64,000 nt of DNA, from positions 35,576,108 to 35,640,107 of the forward strand of contig OZ037765.1 in the NCBI GenBank assembly GCA_964035545.1. Direction: 5' to 3'. Position 1 is the stretch's first letter. Each line of letters opens with the position of its first letter. Made by a program: the position numbers and the translations under genes. Below the pieces are notes generated by a model that had not been told where the DNA came from, ran no database searches, and worked only from the letters and a program-made list of their open reading frames with translations. This document shows, in pieces, positions 62,001-64,000 of the stretch. Source of the DNA: Bugula neritina. Taxonomy: Eukaryota; Animalia; Bryozoa.

Positions 62001-64000
62001 TTTGGGGTTGGGGTTTGGGGTTTGGGGTTGGGGTTTGGGGTTGGGGTTTGGGGTGGGGTTTGGGGTTTGGGGTTTGGGGTTTGGGGTTTGGGGTTGGGGT
62101 TTGGGGTTTGGGGTTGGGTTGGGGTTTGGGGTTTGGGTTTGGGTTTGGGGGTTTTGGGGTTTGGGGTTTGTTGGGTTTGGGGTTTGGGTTTGGGGTTTGG
62201 GGTTTGGGGTTTGGGGTTTGGGGTTTGGGGTTTGGGGTTTGGGTTTGGGGTTTGGGGTTTGGGGTTTGGGGTTTGGGTTTGGGGTTTGGGGTTTGGGTTT
62301 GGGGTTGGGGTTTGGGGTTTGGGGTTTGGGTTTGGGGTTTGGGGTTTGGGGTTTGGGGTTTGGGGTTTGGGGTTTGGGGTTTGGGGTTTGGGGTTTGGGG
62401 TTTGGGGTTTGGGGTTTGGGGTTTGGGGTTTGGGGTTTGGGGTTTGGGGTTTGGGGTTTGGGTTTGGGGTTTGGGGTTTGGGGTTTGGGGTTTGGGGTTT
62501 GGGGTTTGGGGTTTGGGGTTTGGGGTTTGGGGTTTGGGGTTGGGGTTTGGGGTTTGGGGTTTGGGGTTTGGGGTTTGGGGTTTGGGGTTTGGGTTTGGGG
62601 TTTGGGGTTTGGGGTTTGGGTTTGGGGTTTGGGGTTGGGGTTTGGGGTTTGGGGTTTGGGGTTTGGGGTTTGGGGTTTGGGGTTTGGGGTTTGGGGTTTG
62701 GGGTTGGGGTTTGGGTTTGGGGTTTGGGGTTGGGGTTTGGGGTTTGGGGTTTGGGGTTTGGGGTTTGGGTTTGGGTTTGGGGTTTGGGTTTGGGGTTTGG
62801 GGTTTGGGGTTTGGGGTTTGGGGTTTGGGGTTTGGGGTTTGGGGTTTGGGGTTTGGGGTTTGGGTTTGGGGTTTGGGGTTTGGGGTTTGGGGTTTGGGGT
62901 TTGGGGTTTGGGGTTTGGGTTTGGGTTTGGGTTTGGGGTTTGGGGTTTGGGTTTGGGGTTTGGGGTTTGGGGTTTGGGGTTTGGGGTTTGGGGTTTGGGT
63001 TTGGGGTTTGGGTTTGGGGTTTGGGGTTTGGGGTTTGGGGTTTGGGGTTTGGGGTTTGGGGTTTGGGGTTTGGGGTTTGGGGTTTGGGGTTGGGGTTTGG
63101 GGTTTGGGGTTTGGGGTTTGGGGTTTGGGGTTTGGGGTTTGGGGTTTGGGGTTTGGGGTTTGGGGTTTGGGGTTTGGGGTTTGGGTTTGGGGTTTGGGGT
63201 TTGGGGTTTGGGGTTTGGGGTTTGGGGTTTGGGGTTTGGGTTTGGGGTTTGGGGTTTGGGGTTTGGGGTTTGGGGTTTGGGGTTTGGGGTTTGGGGTTTG
63301 GGGTTTGGGTTTGGGGTTTGGGGTTTGGGGTTTGGGGTTTGGGGTTTGGGGTTTGGGGTTTGGGGTTTGGGGTTTGGGGTTTGGGGTTTGGGGTTTGGGG
63401 TTTGGGGTTTGGGTTTGGGGTTTGGGGTTTGGGGTTGGGGTTTGGGGTTTGGGGTTTGGGGTTTGGGGTTGGGGTTTGGGGTTTGGGGTTTGGGGTTTGG
63501 GGTTTGGGGTTTGGGGTTTGGGGTTTGGGGTTTGGGGTTTGGGGTTTGGGGTTTGGGGTTTGGGTTTGGGGTTTGGGGTTTGGGGTTTGGGGTTTGGGGT
63601 TTGGGGTTTGGGGTTTGGGTTTGGGGTTTGGGGTTTGGGGTTTGGGGTTGGGGTTTGGGGTTTGGGGTTGGGGTTTGGGGTTTGGGTTTGGGGTTTGGGG
63701 TTTGGGGTTTGGGTTTGGGTTTGGGGTTTGGGGTTTGGGGTTTGGGGTTTGGGGTTTGGGGTTTGGGGTTTGGGGTTTGGGGTTTGGGGTTTGGGGTTTG
63801 GGTTTGGGGTTTGGGGTTTGGGGTTGGGGTTTGGGGTTTGGGGTTTGGGGTTTGGGGTTTGGGGTTTGGGGTTTGGGGTTTGGGGTTTGGGGTTGGGTTT
63901 GGGGTTTGGGGTTTGGGGTTTGGGGGTTGGGGTTTGGGGTTTGGGTTTGGGGTTTGGGGTTTGGGTTTGGGGTTTGGGGTAGGGGTTTGGGGGTTTGGGG
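53077..64000 (+). repeat. Terminal telomeric array (TTTGGGG)n, about 10.9 kb, G-strand pointing to the chromosome end
   Basis: Perfect 7-mer from 53077 to about 54650, then the same motif with single-base indel variants up to the end of the window. Orientation is correct for a right-arm telomere. Confidence 0.95.

Noticed and set aside
53054-63982. 3642-aa GLGFGVW ORF
   Set aside because: It is the translation of the telomere array; a G/T-only sequence cannot contain stop codons.

Overview
The window is the right-hand end of an animal chromosome. About 53 kb of compact, intron-rich genes run directly into about 10.9 kb of non-canonical (TTTGGGG)n telomeric repeat starting at 53077. Genes rebuilt by hand from GT-AG junctions with consistent phase: a CAP-Gly protein (-), AIFM1 (+), two uncharacterised genes (+), SMG6/EST1A (-), SNAP29 (+), C19orf53/UPF0390 (-), and KARS1 (+) with an alternative mitochondrial-targeting exon. 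A hAT MITE and a decayed gypsy-type gag/LTR remnant next to the telomere are also present. Most long ORFs in the supplied track are artefacts of tandem repeats. The most striking pattern is that most introns (about 9/12 in AIFM1, 11/12 in KARS1, about 10/16 in SMG6) carry their own private tandem repeat. Many repeat units are copies of the adjacent splice junction, giving arrays of decoy donors or acceptors. These include 12 in-frame acceptors inside the SMG6 PIN nuclease domain. A separate intron holds about 25 copies of the U1 snRNA 5' end sequence. The telomere motif suggests, from recollection only, a cheilostome bryozoan.
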